A stretch of DNA of 64,000 nt from Eledone cirrhosa (GCA_964016885.1 OZ024742.1:40548001-40612000), one strand, 5' to 3'. Shown: positions 1 to 12,403, numbered from the stretch's first letter. The notes: generated by a model not told the origin, from the letters alone. Translations and numbers: made by a program.

Positions 1-1
1 A

Positions 2-916
2 GTAAACTCTGTTCAAAAACGTATCTCTAGGATCTCGTCGAATAGAAAGATTTTCGACGAAAAAGCCCAATACTACAATGAAGCATTAGCTAGAGCAGGA
101 TATGCTGATAAGATTGTGTACATAGATAATGATAGACAAACTAAACAAAATAACAATTATTTTAATTACGGCAACAACCTTAACAACTATAATAGAAAGC
201 ATTACAATAATTCCAAAGGCCAAAAAAGAAATAGAACTAGGAACATAATTTGGTTTGCCCCCCCCCCCCCCTTCTCACTAAACATTAAAACCCACATCGC
301 TAAACTATTTTTTAAAGCTCTTGATAATCGCTTCCCTAGAACACATAGGTATCACTCAATTTTCAATAGACATACAATAAAATTAACCTACTCATCCACC
401 AAAAATTTAGCACAAAATATTAATAGAATAAATAATAGGAACTTAAAACCTAGTGATAATAGCATAAATAATATACAAGTTAACAAATGTAACTGTAGAG
501 ATAGATCTAAATGTCCGTTAAATAACAACTGCTTAGTTAAAAATATAGTATACAATTGTAATGTTAATACTGACTCTAATTCTTTTAACTACGTCGGTTC
601 CACATCGACGGAATTTAAACTTCGCTATAATAACCACAAGAATTCTTTCACAGATCCAAGCAAAAAATCTTCAACGGCACTATCAGGCGTACTCTGGCAA
701 CTTAAGCTAGATAACGTTAGATATTCGACGGCTTGGAATATAGTCTCAAGAGGGATTCCTTTTAATTCATCCTCTGAGACATGTGACCTCTGCGCAGAGG
801 AGATATTCTTTATACTAAAATCTAAAAATTCCCTTAATCTACGGACAAATTTATTCAGTTGCTGCAAACATAGATTAAACTCAACGTTTAAATATAAATT
901 TAAATTTAAAATGTAG
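2..916 (+). CDS. Penelope-like retroelement (Neptune-type) polyprotein, C-terminal part: RT thumb, Cys linker and GIY-YIG endonuclease; runs off the window start
   Basis: Frame is open from position 2 (VNSVQKRISRISSNRKIFDEKAQYYNEALARAGY). Contains IIWFAPP..F, YHSIFNRHTIKLTYS, CNCRDRSKCPLNNNCL, IVY..YVGSTSTEFKLRYNNHKNSF (GIY-YIG), CDLC..E and CKH. Confidence 0.9.
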   Translation, partial: VNSVQKRISRISSNRKIFDEKAQYYNEALARAGYADKIVYIDNDRQTKQNNNYFNYGNNLNNYNRKHYNNSKGQKRNRTRNIIWFAPPPPFSLNIKTHIAKLFFKALDNRFPRTHRYHSIFNRHTIKLTYSSTKNLAQNINRINNRNLKPSDNSINNIQVNKCNCRDRSKCPLNNNCLVKNIVYNCNVNTDSNSFNYVGSTSTEFKLRYNNHKNSFTDPSKKSSTALSGVLWQLKLDNVRYSTAWNIVSRGIPFNSSSETCDLCAEEIFFILKSKNSLNLRTNLFSCCKHRLNSTFKYKFKFKM

Positions 917-1946
917 TATATTTAGTTTGATTTATAATTATATGGGAAACTAGCCGATAAATCTTTGATTCCTTCTTTTTATTCTTTTTATTTTTATTTT
1001 TATTTTTATTTTTATTTTTATTTTTATTTTTATTTAAACATTCTTCATGAAAAATTAAGCTACCCTAAATGTTGATGCTCCAAATATTTCGAATAAACGT
1101 TACACTAGATAAACTTCTATATTAAATATAAGAATACATGTAGACCAAATGGGCATCCTAAACTTTTTGAAATGATCTTTGCTAGATGCGATTTGATAGA
1201 TAATTTTTGGCTTTATCTGTTTTTCGACTCTGATGCTTATAATGAACTTGGCAATATATTGTCAATTAATTTTGAAGGGTTGATCTTTGTGGTTTATTTT
1301 TATTTTTATTATTGTAGTATTTTCTAATATTTTTATTTTTAATATTTTTAATATGTAATATTTTTAATATGTAATATTCTTTCGTAATATTTTTTAGTTT
1401 TCTATTTTATTATTACTTATTATTATTATTGTTATTTTTTAGTTTTGTTTCTGATATATATTTTTATTAGTATATTGAAATCTGCTCTCTATTTCTGCTT
1501 GATAGATAATCTTGTAGAGTAAAGACAGGAATAGTAATATTGACTCTATATATATTTGTGTGTGTATATATACACATATATGTATACTTAAATTTTTATA
1601 CCACAATGAGAATGTTTTCCGTGAACTTAGGGTTTGCAGAGTTGATCATGTAAATTCACATAGATGTTTGTAGTTATCACATAAACATATGAATTTTTTT
1701 TAAAAAACTAAACATAAGATCATTAATTTTCACACATTATGGATACATGTCTCATTCAGGAATACTGATATTTACAATATAGTGGCTGGTTTTTATAAAT
1801 ACTAATACCTCTACATTAAAACATAGGGTTTTTACGCCTCGCCTATGTCTGGTTGTTTTTAAATTTTTTCTCTCTCTATATTTTTTTCTCTATATATATA
1901 ACAGCTGGTTTCTCTCCATATATCTCCCTTACATTAATACTAGAGC

Positions 1947-1977
<31 letters not shown>

Positions 1978-2501
1978 ATGTATCATTGATACGTTTACTC
2001 AACAGACGTTCCACTACCTAGTTTTCTATATATATGTATCTATCTCTATTTCCTCTCTCTCTCTATATATATATATATATCTGTTTCTTTACATGAAGTT
2101 CTTCTCTTTATCTATCTTTCCATCTCTCTATTTTGTTCCATGCATTTCTTCTTTTTCTTCTTTTTCTTCGTTTTCTGTCTTTCTTTCTTTTTTCTCTCTT
2201 TCTTTCTCTCTGTGTACAATGTTTTCACTGCCAATTCAACTTTTTCAAATACAAGTCGATGTTGTTACGGTATGTCGAATCTATTTATCTATAAAACTGT
2301 TTATATTGTATTTTGTCTGAGGAAGGCATAGCATATTGTTAATATGATATCCCTGAAATATATATAATGAAATAAATATGGTTTTATAAATATAGTTTCC
2401 ATTTATTTAATATTGTAAATATACTCCAAATACTTGTCGAGTGCTTTTATATCAGTTATAAATATTTACTAGTTGTAACCCAACAATTTAAATATAACTT
2501 T

Positions 2502-2503
<2 letters not shown>
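917..2503 (+). mobile_element. 3' non-coding region / pLTR of the first PLE, ending in (TA)n
   Basis: Follows the EN stop, is AT-rich, has an HHR motif near its end and terminates in (TA)n. Boundaries are approximate. Confidence 0.55.
2303..2379 (+). ncRNA. Type I minimal hammerhead ribozyme motif
   Basis: ATATTGTATTTTGT-CTGAGGA-stem II (AGGCATAGCATATT/AATATGATATCCCT, 2 mismatches)-GAAA-TATATA-TA-ATGAAATAAATAT. Stem I pairs with G-U wobbles and one bulge. Predicted cleavage after 2366. Confidence 0.7.
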
Positions 2504-2544
<41 letters not shown>

Positions 2545-2546
<2 letters not shown>

Positions 2547-2617
2547 GGATTTCCCCCAAATGTATACATATATTTATTAGAATGCTGTTGAAGTGTGTAT
2601 ACATTTTTAGGGACACC

Positions 2618-2620
<3 letters not shown>
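2545..2620. mobile_element. Tiny Tc1/mariner-type MITE
   Basis: Imperfect TIRs CAGGATTTCCCCCAAATGTATACA and rc CAGGGTGTCCCTAAAAATGTATACA, flanked by TA on both sides within (TA)n. Confidence 0.6.
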
Positions 2621-2707
<87 letters not shown>

Positions 2708-3027
2708 ACACACATACAAACTTATCCACTCATATATTCTGTTTTGCAATAATCACACCCACGTAACTGAGTAATGTTTTATATGACAGATTGGGGTGTT
2801 ACATGTAGAAATGTATCTCTACAGAACTGTCTGTGATAGAAGAAGAAGAAGAAGAAGAAGAAGAAGAAGAAGAAGAAGAAGAAGAAGAAGAAGATCTGTA
2901 TTATATCTATGCTTGTTCGTTTATTTGGGGATTGCGCTTTAGTTGGTCAGAGAGAGGGAGAGGGGAGTTTTTATAGAAAGAGAGCGAGGGAAGTGCAGTG
3001 AGAGAGAGGGAAGTGCAGTGAGTGAGG

Positions 3028-3925
3028 GAAGTGTAGTGAGAGAGAGGGAGGTGGTGGAGTATTAGAGGAATAGAGGGAAGTGTAGTGAGAGAGAGGGAGG
3101 TGGTGGAGTGTTAGAGGAAGAGAGAGAAGTGCATTGAGAGAGAGGGAGGTGGTGGAGTGTTAGAGGAAGAGAGAGAAGTGCAGTGAGAGAGAGGGAGGTG
3201 GTGGAGTGTTAGAGGAAGAGAGAGAAGTGTAGTGAGAGGGAGGGAGGTGGTGGAGTGTTAGAGGAATAGAGGGAAGTGTAGTGAGAGAGAGGGAGGTGGT
3301 GGAGTGTTAGAGGAAGAGAGAGAAGTGCAGTGAGAGAGAGGGAGGTGGTGGAGTGTTAGAGGAATAGAGGGAAGTGTAGTGAGAGAGAGGGAGGTGGTGG
3401 AGTGTTAGAGGAAGAGAAAGAAGTGTAGTGAGAGAGAGGGAGGTGGTGGAGTGTTAGAGGAAGAGAGAGAAGTGTAGTGAGAGAGAGGGAGGTGGTGGAG
3501 TGTTAGAGGAATAGAGGGAAGTGTAGTGAGAGAGAGGGAGGTGGTGGAGTGTTAGAGGAAGAGAGGGAAGTGTAGTGAGAGAGAGGGAGGTGGTGGAGTG
3601 TTAGAGGAAGAGAGAGAAGTGCAGTGAGAGAGAGGGAGGTGGTGGAGTGTTAGAGGAAGAGAGGGAAGTGTAGTGAGAGAGAGGGAGGTGGTGGAGTGTT
3701 AGAGGAAGAGAGGGAAGTGTAGTGAGAGAGAGGGAGGTGGTGGAGTGTTAGAGGAAGAGAGAGAAGTGCAGTGAGAGAGAGGGAGGTGGTGGAGTGTTAG
3801 AGGAAGAGAGGGAAGTGTAGTGAGAGAGAGGGAGGTGGTGGAGTGTTAGAGGAATAGAGGGAAGTGTAGTGAGAGAGAGGGAGGTGGTGGAGTGTTAGAG
3901 GAAGAGAGGGAAGTGTAGTGAGAGA
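3028..3925 (+). repeat. 49-bp purine-rich minisatellite, about 18 copies
   Basis: Unit GAAGTGTAGTGAGAGAGAGGGAGGTGGTGGAGTGTTAGAGGAAGAGAGA; period 49 (3081 to 3130). Confidence 0.95.
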
Positions 3926-4100
3926 GAGGGAGAGAGACGTGTTCGTTAAAATTGAGAGTGAAAGATGTAGAGGAATTACCATACAGCTAACAAGTGAGAA
4001 ATGGAGAATAAATGACTGAAGAGGGGCAAATGTCATCTGTCGAGGGATATATTCCTTTAGTTTTTATTCACTTTTAATTCTCCTCTTTCTTCATATGTGT

Positions 4101-4294
<194 letters not shown>

Positions 4295-4343
4295 TAATAA
4301 AATAATGAATAAACAAAGAAACAGTTCCTTATATTAAAAAAAT

Positions 4344-4483
4344 TCATCATTTTACGATCGTTTCTAGGATATATATGTGATAGAGTTGGTATGCATATTC
4401 TATAGATCTATGTACAGTATTTATACAAACTATCAGAGGGAATATACATACCTACACATATATATGCTGTCTTCAGAAATAAT
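4344..4483 (-). ncRNA. Hammerhead ribozyme motif, 3' pLTR copy of the second PLE
   Basis: Reverse complement of 8224-8365. Stem I 5' arm is shortened to ATTATTT by the SINE insertion. Confidence 0.6.
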
Positions 4484-4664
4484 TGTTTCTACTTTAGGCA
4501 CAAGGCCAGCAATTACCCAGTACATTATTGGTACTTTATTTTATCGACCCCGTAAGGATGAAAGGCAAAGTCAACCTCGGCGGGATTTGAACTCAGATCG
4601 TAAAGGGACGTAACTATGCTGGAAAGCATGGCGTCAGACCCTCTACCGATACTGCCAATCCACC
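4484..4664 (-). mobile_element. tRNA-derived SINE with 18-bp TSD
   Basis: GTTCAAATCC B-box-like motif and GCCTTTCATCCTTACGGGGTCGATAAAAT core (MetaSINE-like, from memory). TSD GCTGTCTTCAGAAATAAT at 4466-4483 and 4665-4682. Confidence 0.9.
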
Positions 4665-5336
4665 GCTGTCTTCAGAAATAATGATATTTGTTTATTGAAA
4701 AAAACAAAGATTCAATACAATAGGTCTGTTTGGGAACAGGTTTTGAATTGACCAATAGAGAGATAGTGAGGGTCAAGATAGTAATATAGTAGTAGAAGAA
4801 CCTTAAATTATGGGTAGAGGAAGGTAGATTTCAGTTTTGGATGGAAAAGAATATTATGAATGAAGGATTATTTTAGGGGAGAAATAGGTCGTATGCTGAC
4901 CTTAGAAATAATTTTATCTGTTCATTGAATACAACCAACAAAGATCTAATATATTCTGTCTGTTTGGTAAGAAGTTTAGAATTAACCAATAGAAAGTTAA
5001 TAATTGGCCAAATGGTAAAATAGTAGTAATTGAAGCTTATTTTAGGGGTGAAAATAGGTCAGGTGGTCAGTAAAAGGTATACAAGCAGTTGCTGTTATAA
5101 AATAGTAATGGCAATACAAATATCTAAGGTGACTAAAGTTTTACGATAAGAATGTTAGTGAAAAAAATACATCTATGAAAAGAATATAAATTAATTTAAT
5201 TGATGGGTATATTTATATTGATAAAGTTATACTAATACATATAGATATGATAAATAAGAGTTAGATGCAGTTGAAAAGTGCTGTTAAAGATGAGGGGAAA
5301 TTAAAAGAATATAAAAATAATATATATATATATACC

Positions 5337-5368
<32 letters not shown>

Positions 5369-5383
5369 TATATATATATATAT

Positions 5384-5480
<97 letters not shown>

Positions 5481-5693
5481 TGCATATATACATACATACA
5501 TATATATATACACACACATACACACTTACATATACAAATAATTATTGGGGTGGGGGATTAAATTTATTAGTGAGAAATAATAAATATATATAGTTTTCAA
5601 GGAACATAGAGTCATAACCTGAAGTTAAAGCATTATATATGTTTACTTAATAGTATCAGTTTTAGGAAATGATAGTTGTAAGAAGGAAAGCAA

Positions 5694-5917
5694 AATTATG
5701 TAGTTCATCAGTAGTAGAATATTAATTATAGGTTAACTAAATTAAAAATAGTTTATATATTAATTTCTAAAGTGTATATTAATTAGGTTTATAATATTTA
5801 AAGCAGAATTATGTAGTTCATCAGTAGTAGAATATTAATTATAGGTTAACTAAATTAAAAATAGTTTATATATTAATTTCTAAAGTGTTTTATTAATTAG
5901 GTTTATAATATTTAAAG
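5694..5917. repeat. Tandem duplication of about 113 bp around the PLE stop codon
   Basis: ATTATGTAGTTCATCAGTAGTAGAATATTAATT...ATATTTAAAG occurs twice with offset 113. Confidence 0.9.
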
Positions 5918-7970
5918 GTTTTTCTCAGTTTATGATTACACGATATTATTAATTCCTGTCGCTTATTTAATAGGATATCCTTAGATTTCATTATTTCAAA
6001 AAGTTCTTGGGAATATAATCTACATTCATATCTACTATTTTGATAAGGGGTGGCCCTTTTGAGCACACTCCAGGTCAGGTCATAATCTATATTCCTCTTT
6101 CTATAACTATTAATTATTTCTGCTAGAGATGTTTTATTAGCTAGTGCGGTATTTTAAAAACTATGTTTGTGTGTATTAAATCTTACCTTAAATTTGTTAG
6201 AGGTAGCTCCTATATATGAATAAATTGAGTCCTTAGTGTTAACTTTACATTTATATACTATGTTATTAACAAGGCAATTTCCTTTTAATGGACAGTTTGC
6301 CTTGTTTCTACAGTTACAACTTTTCGTGAATCCTGTATCTGAGGAGATATTATGGTTAGTTTGATGTACTGGTGGTATACTCATGGTTTTTTACATTTAT
6401 ATGCATTATAGGCACTTATATTTTGTTTTATGTTTTTGGTTGTTGAGTAGGAGAATTTAACCGTTGATCTATTAAAAATTTGATGGTATTTGTGGTTTGG
6501 CGGGAAGTTTTTCTCTAGGATATTAAATAATTTTTTAGGTATATTATCCTTAATTTGTAAATTAAATGGAGCATTATACCAACTAACTCGTCTCTTACGG
6601 TTTCGATGTTGTTTATTGTTTTTATAGGATGCATCCTGATGTTTATTAAGAGAATTATTGTTAATGACCTCACCACACACATTTTTAGTTAGATTTATTG
6701 ATTTAGGTGTTTTAGCTTGTTTATTAGGAGTTTTACTATTAACATTTATTAGAGTTGTAGGATGAGTAGTTTTTTGAGAGTTACTATACTGTATATTAGA
6801 AGAGTTAGAGAAATTTGGTTTTATGTTGGTGTTTTGGGGTATAGTGTGAGTGGCATTTAGGTGTGTATGTTTCATTTGGTGTTTGTTGGTAATATTAGGT
6901 TGTATGTTTGTAGTGTTATTGGTAGAAGGTATATATACTAATTTATTTTTGTGGCCACTTCTAGCTAGAGCTTCGTTATAAAAGGTCGCATTTTTATCAA
7001 ATACATCTTGGTTAGACGAAAGGTTAGAAATTCTAAGTGATATATTATATGCAAGGTTTTTAAGGATAGATTTAGGGTGATTAGATTGTGAGTGTATGTA
7101 GTGAAAATTTTGGTTGGGTTTATGGTAAGGTTGGTAGATACCCGTAGATAAGTCTAATGTTATATCTAGGAAATTAACTACTTTACTTGTGTTTTCAAAT
7201 GTAATATCTAGACTATAATAGTCTTTAAGGAAAGTTCTAATAAGCTTTTTATTTTTTTCTATCTCTGAGAGGCTAAGGTTATTGGAAAGAAGAAGACAGT
7301 CGTCACGATATAAACCACCTTTAAGGTGGGGAAAGGAAGCATTTATGTTAAAAAGAAGAAAGAGGCCCACAAGATCAGTAATTTGGGCAGAATCGCTTGA
7401 GCCCATAGTAATATCGAATAGATTACTATATGTGTTTCTGGTCCAGTATTCATTCTGAAATTCCAATAGTGTTAGTCTAGCATGTGTAATAATATTAATG
7501 TCATCCAAAGTTAAGTTAGATCTATTTTTAGCAAATATCAAGGCTTTGTTCAGGAGTATAGGTGATATAGAAGAATAATAATTATCTATATCAAATTGTA
7601 GAAATGAAGCAGAGGATTTATTTCTAATATTATTAAACCAGTTAATTACCTGGGATGTGTTTTCCCAGAGCGGTAAATTAACATGTTTTCTTAATTGTGG
7701 GATGACTCTATCTAAAATTTTTTAAATAATTATTCCAATATCAGATTTGGAAGGGCATATAAGCCTTATAGAAGGGTTAGAGTTAAAGTTAGATTTATGA
7801 TCTTTCAGGTTGAAGTGTGGTCTTTTCAATGCCAAAGGTTCAGTTCTATCTTCAATATTAAGTCTATTCACTATGCTGTGTGTTTTGTTGTTGATGTTGG
7901 TAAGTGACGCATTGTTTGTTTTTCTATAATTTTTCCTGAGTTCTTTATATATGAACTCATTGTAACTCAT
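5893..7970 (-). pseudogene. Disrupted PLE RT + GIY-YIG ORF
   Basis: LKDHKSNF..NPSIRLICPSKSDIG, FDIDNYYSSI, FDITMGSSDSAQITDLVG, GLYRDD, VNFLDITLDL, CNCRNKANCPLKGNCL, YIGATSNKFKVRFNTHKHSF. Frameshifts near 7720 and 6385; in-frame stop at 6154. Confidence 0.9.
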
Positions 7971-8223
7971 TGGTTTTATTCAATGAACAAATAAAATTAT
8001 TTCTAAGGTCAGCATACGACCTATTTCTCCCCTAAAATAACCCTTCATTCATAATATTCTTTTCCATCCAAAACTGAAATCTACCTTCCTCTACCCATAA
8101 TTTAAGGTTCTTCTACTACTATATTACTATCTTGACCCTCACTATCTCTCTATTGGTCAATTCAAAACCTGTTCCCAAACAGACCTATTGTATTGAATCT
8201 TTGTTTTTTTCAATAAACAAATA

Positions 8224-8365
8224 TCATTATTTCTGAAGACAGCATATATATGTGTAGGTATATATATTCCCTCTGATAGTTTGTATAAATACTGTACATA
8301 GATCTATAGAATATGCATACCAACTCTATCACATCTATATCCTAGAAACGATCGTAAAATGATGA
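8224..8365 (+). ncRNA. Type I hammerhead ribozyme motif with about 105-nt stem II
   Basis: TCATTATTT-CTGAAGA-long hairpin-GAAA-CGATCG-TA-AAATGATGA. 9-bp stem I, palindromic stem III ACGATCGT, GUA site after 8356. Confidence 0.72.
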
Positions 8366-8529
8366 ATTTTTTAATATAAGGAACTGTTTCTTTGTTTATT
8401 CATTATTTTATTAATTTATCTTGACTCTGTTTTCCGATTATTTTTCACCGAAAGTAGTTTTTGAATACATCTTCTCTTTTCATGATATCCGGATTACATT
8501 GAGTTCTTCATACGGATTGGACACTACCA

Positions 8530-8620
<91 letters not shown>

Positions 8621-8621
<1 letters not shown>

Positions 8622-8779
8622 TATTGGTAAACGGAATAGAAAATGCTGACAAATTGTTCACAGTTGAAAAATAGTTTAATTAGGAATAAAAGAGTATTAC
8701 TAATACTCTTTTATTTTTAATTAAACTATTTTTCAACTGTGAACAATTTGTCAGCATTTTCTATTCCGTTTACCAATAT
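8621..8779. repeat. Near-perfect palindrome, 79-bp arms with 1-nt spacer
   Basis: 8621-8699 is the reverse complement of 8701-8779 with 2 mismatches. The arm also resembles 56150-56215. Confidence 0.92.
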
Positions 8780-8818
8780 ATAATAACTTGTGTGTTACAC
8801 CTCTATTCTTTTAACTAT

Positions 8819-8957
<139 letters not shown>

Positions 8958-8966
8958 CATATATAC

Positions 8967-9019
<53 letters not shown>

Positions 9020-9020
9020 C

Positions 9021-9083
<63 letters not shown>

Positions 9084-9170
9084 GAGAGAGAGAGAGAATG
9101 GAAAACGAAAAATCAGTGATGCATCGGAACAGGCATCATACCGCCTGTGGAAGCATCTTAGCTACCATTA

Positions 9171-9219
<49 letters not shown>

Positions 9220-9223
<4 letters not shown>

Positions 9224-9433
9224 ATGAAATCGAAAATGCAACTGGTGTCTTATTTTAAAAAATATATATATATTTATTTGGTTGAAAAACCACAGACCCT
9301 CCATCTCAACTCAAAAGAAGAACTGCGAAACCGGTAAACTGCAGAAGAACTGCGAAACCGGTAAAGGAACCAAATAAATATATATATATTTTTTTTAAAA
9401 TAAGACTCCAGTTGCATTTCCGTTTTCATCTTT
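9220..9433. repeat. Inverted repeat (about 64-bp arms) enclosing a duplicated GAAACCGGTA HHR half
   Basis: AAAGATGAAATCGAAAATGCAACTGG...TTTGGTT versus AACCAAATAAA...CCAGTTGCATTTCCGTTTTCATCTTT. The right arm recurs at about 26082-26180. Confidence 0.85.
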
Positions 9434-9664
9434 TTTTCTTTATACTTTCACTCGTGTAGGACACCTCGGTTATTTTTCATTTTGTAAAAAAACCCTCACT
9501 TTCTAATAATATATATACCGTCGGTCAGTCAATGGCAACATTGAGGACCGAGTAAGTTAGATTGCAGATATAAAAGACAGCGAGAAGCGAAAACCAACCA
9601 AACAGTGAGTGTGTTCTGTTATTAATTCTGGCAATATTACACAAATATGACCCTCCCCAAGTAT

Positions 9665-9710
<46 letters not shown>

Positions 9711-9786
9711 CGAAGGAAAAGTGGTAAGGAACCAGGTGGACCATAACGCACCAAAGTACTCAATACATAGGGTAGTAGAGTGGGTA

Positions 9787-9885
9787 ATAGGAACAAGTAA
9801 GACCCCGACGGCTGAGCTCAAGCCGTTTCGACGGCTAATTCTCTGTCGAAACGGCTTGAGCTCAGCCGTCGGGGTCTTACTTGTT

Positions 9886-9890
<5 letters not shown>
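9787..9890. repeat. Perfect palindrome, 46-bp arms with 12-nt spacer
   Basis: ATAGGAACAAGTAAGACCCCGACGGCTGAGCTCAAGCCGTTTCGAC followed by its exact reverse complement. Confidence 0.95.
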
Positions 9891-9966
<76 letters not shown>

Positions 9967-10251
9967 ATGTGTATGTATATATATGTATATATATATATAT
10001 GTATATATGTATATATATGTTGTTATACTTTGGGAGGGTCATGTTGTCAATACACATATATATATATACATACATATATATATATATACATACATATATA
10101 TACATATATATCTATATATACATATATATACATATACATATATATACATATATATATATATATATACATATCTATATCTATATCTATACATACATATATA
10201 TACATAGAAGTGTGGTAAGAAACCAGGTTAATCATAACGCCTTTTCATATA

Positions 10252-10287
<36 letters not shown>

Positions 10288-10965
10288 TGTATGTGTGTGT
10301 GAGTGTGAGTGTGTGCATGTGTGTGCGCATGGGCATACATATGTGTGTGTCTGCGATCTGTCTCTTTCTCTCTCTCAAGTTTACTAAAGCAGACGATGTG
10401 TATTTTATTACAGTTGGTTCTACAAAAATTAGAAACATCGATTGTCTCTTCATTTAAACCACTGGCAAATGAAATGTATATACAGTATATTATAATTCTG
10501 CTTTTTGTGAATATTCATTATATGTTTTGAAGTGTTTAGAATAATATTCTTTCCACATATATATGGCGTTACAAGGGCATTTTAGACTTGGTGGAGCCCA
10601 TCTCCTCTCCAGGTCTGAATACAGCAAATTTCTTCCAGAGAAGGATAGAGAGTGAGAGGATGGAAGTGAGAAAGAGATATAGAGGAAGAATCAGCTCCAG
10701 TGCTTGACTTTTTCATCAACCTCAAATGGATGAAAGGCAAAGCTGACCTTGCGAGGATTTGAGCTCATAGAGCAGTGAGTGGGAACAGATTCTGCAAAAC
10801 ACTATCAGACGTTTTAATGACTGCCAGTTCACCACTTAATTTTAAATAATACCGAGTCAATATTTATTATATGTTTTGTAGTGTTTACAATAATATTTCT
10901 TTCCACATATATATTAAGTTTTTATTGCAGGAATATAGGTAGACAGACATATAACTATAAAAACC

Positions 10966-12403
10966 ATGGATTCACAAGAAAGACTCAAGCGACTCAAGAA
11001 AAGATATGCAGATATAGAGCACAGATCAGTCAGAAACAGCGAGAAGAAATAATAGAAAGATAAAAAAGACGACCTCAACAGAGACGTGTGGAACAAACTA
11101 GCCTAAGAGAACAGGAGAGAAGAAATAATATGCAATTAGGAGAATGTCAAGAACATTTAAAGCAAGCTAGATTATGGCAACAGGAGAGAAGAGATAATAT
11201 GCTTCAAGATGAATGTCAAGAATATTTAGAGAAACAAAGATTCAGACAACAAGAAATATGCAACAAGCGGAATGTCAAAAATATTTGGAGCATGGTAGAC
11301 TAAGACAACAGGAAAGGAGAGATCATATCCATAAGAATGAATGAGCACATTTTCTCGAGCAACAGAGAGGCAATGAGCGTCTTTGAAAAACTTGCCCAAC
11401 AATTAATATTAATGGTAATGTAGAAGAATTTCGTATTGGTGATATGAATGTTCGTGCGATCATCGTGGAGCTTTGAAATTTAGAAATGAAAGTTATAATT
11501 GTTGTAATGATGGAAAAGGTGTGTTACCTCCATTGCAAATGGACCCCGAAAGACTGAGAAATCTCTTTGAAGGACATCTGCCCTTACAACAGTGCATTTT
11601 CTTTTGCTTCATTCAGTGTTAAACTTGCCTTACCACCTGACAGAGGCCAGTATTGCTTTCCTATTTAAGGTCACCCTGCAGAAACTACACCAAAATATGG
11701 CCTGTTATATATTATTATATATTATTATACCTGTTATATATTATTGACACAAATGAAGCTGTCCAGCACAGATTGGAAGCACTAGCAAACAACTGCTCAC
11801 CGCAAACAATGACTATGAATGTAATCGATATGTTGAAGTGTACAATACAATGCATGACATCGAACAAGAAGAGCAGCAAAGAGCAAGAAGAAGGAACCAT
11901 CTTGTAGAGAACTGTGAATTAAAATTTATAAGAGGGTTAGATATGAGATGCTATAATTTACCAACTAGCAATGAAATAGCTGTTGTGTTTGTGGGGATAG
12001 ACGGTGCACCACCTGTACACAGAGATATTGTCATCGACCCTAAAGACGATACTCCTGAGAAAATACCATATATTCCATGGTCTTTTGATGGGCAGGTGAG
12101 TTTTGATCCCAAGACTGAAGTTAGCTGCCAGTGGTCCCAAAATCCCTTTTACTTTGGAAAGATCCCAGTTTCTAGTAAGACTGTCGTATGCTATGATAAT
12201 TAACAAGAGCCAGGATTAAACATATCATAAAATAGGTCTGTTCCTTCCTGAACCAGTATTTAGCCATGGCAGACTCTATGTCACTTTTTCAAGTATGCAA
12301 ACAGTCAGTTGTAAACATTTTCATATTGGACACTGATAAGCAAGGGAGGCAAGGTAATAAAACTGTGACAAAGAACATTGTATGCAAAGCGATATCAATA
12401 TAA
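10966..12403 (+). pseudogene. Decayed, internally deleted Helitron RepHel
   Basis: QQERR repeats; GDMNVR..DHRGALKFRNESYNCCNDGK..LPPLQMDPERLRNLF (Zn finger); YNSAFSFAS; RCYNLPTSNEIAVVFVG..PPVHRDIVI; then PIF1 C-terminus AMIINKSQD*TYHKIGLFLPEPVFSHGRLYV and TKNIV. Many stops and frameshifts. Confidence 0.85.

Noticed and set aside
5700-5830. CTGATGA on the minus strand in the 113-bp duplication as an HHR
   Set aside because: No stem II, GAAA or NUH arrangement downstream.
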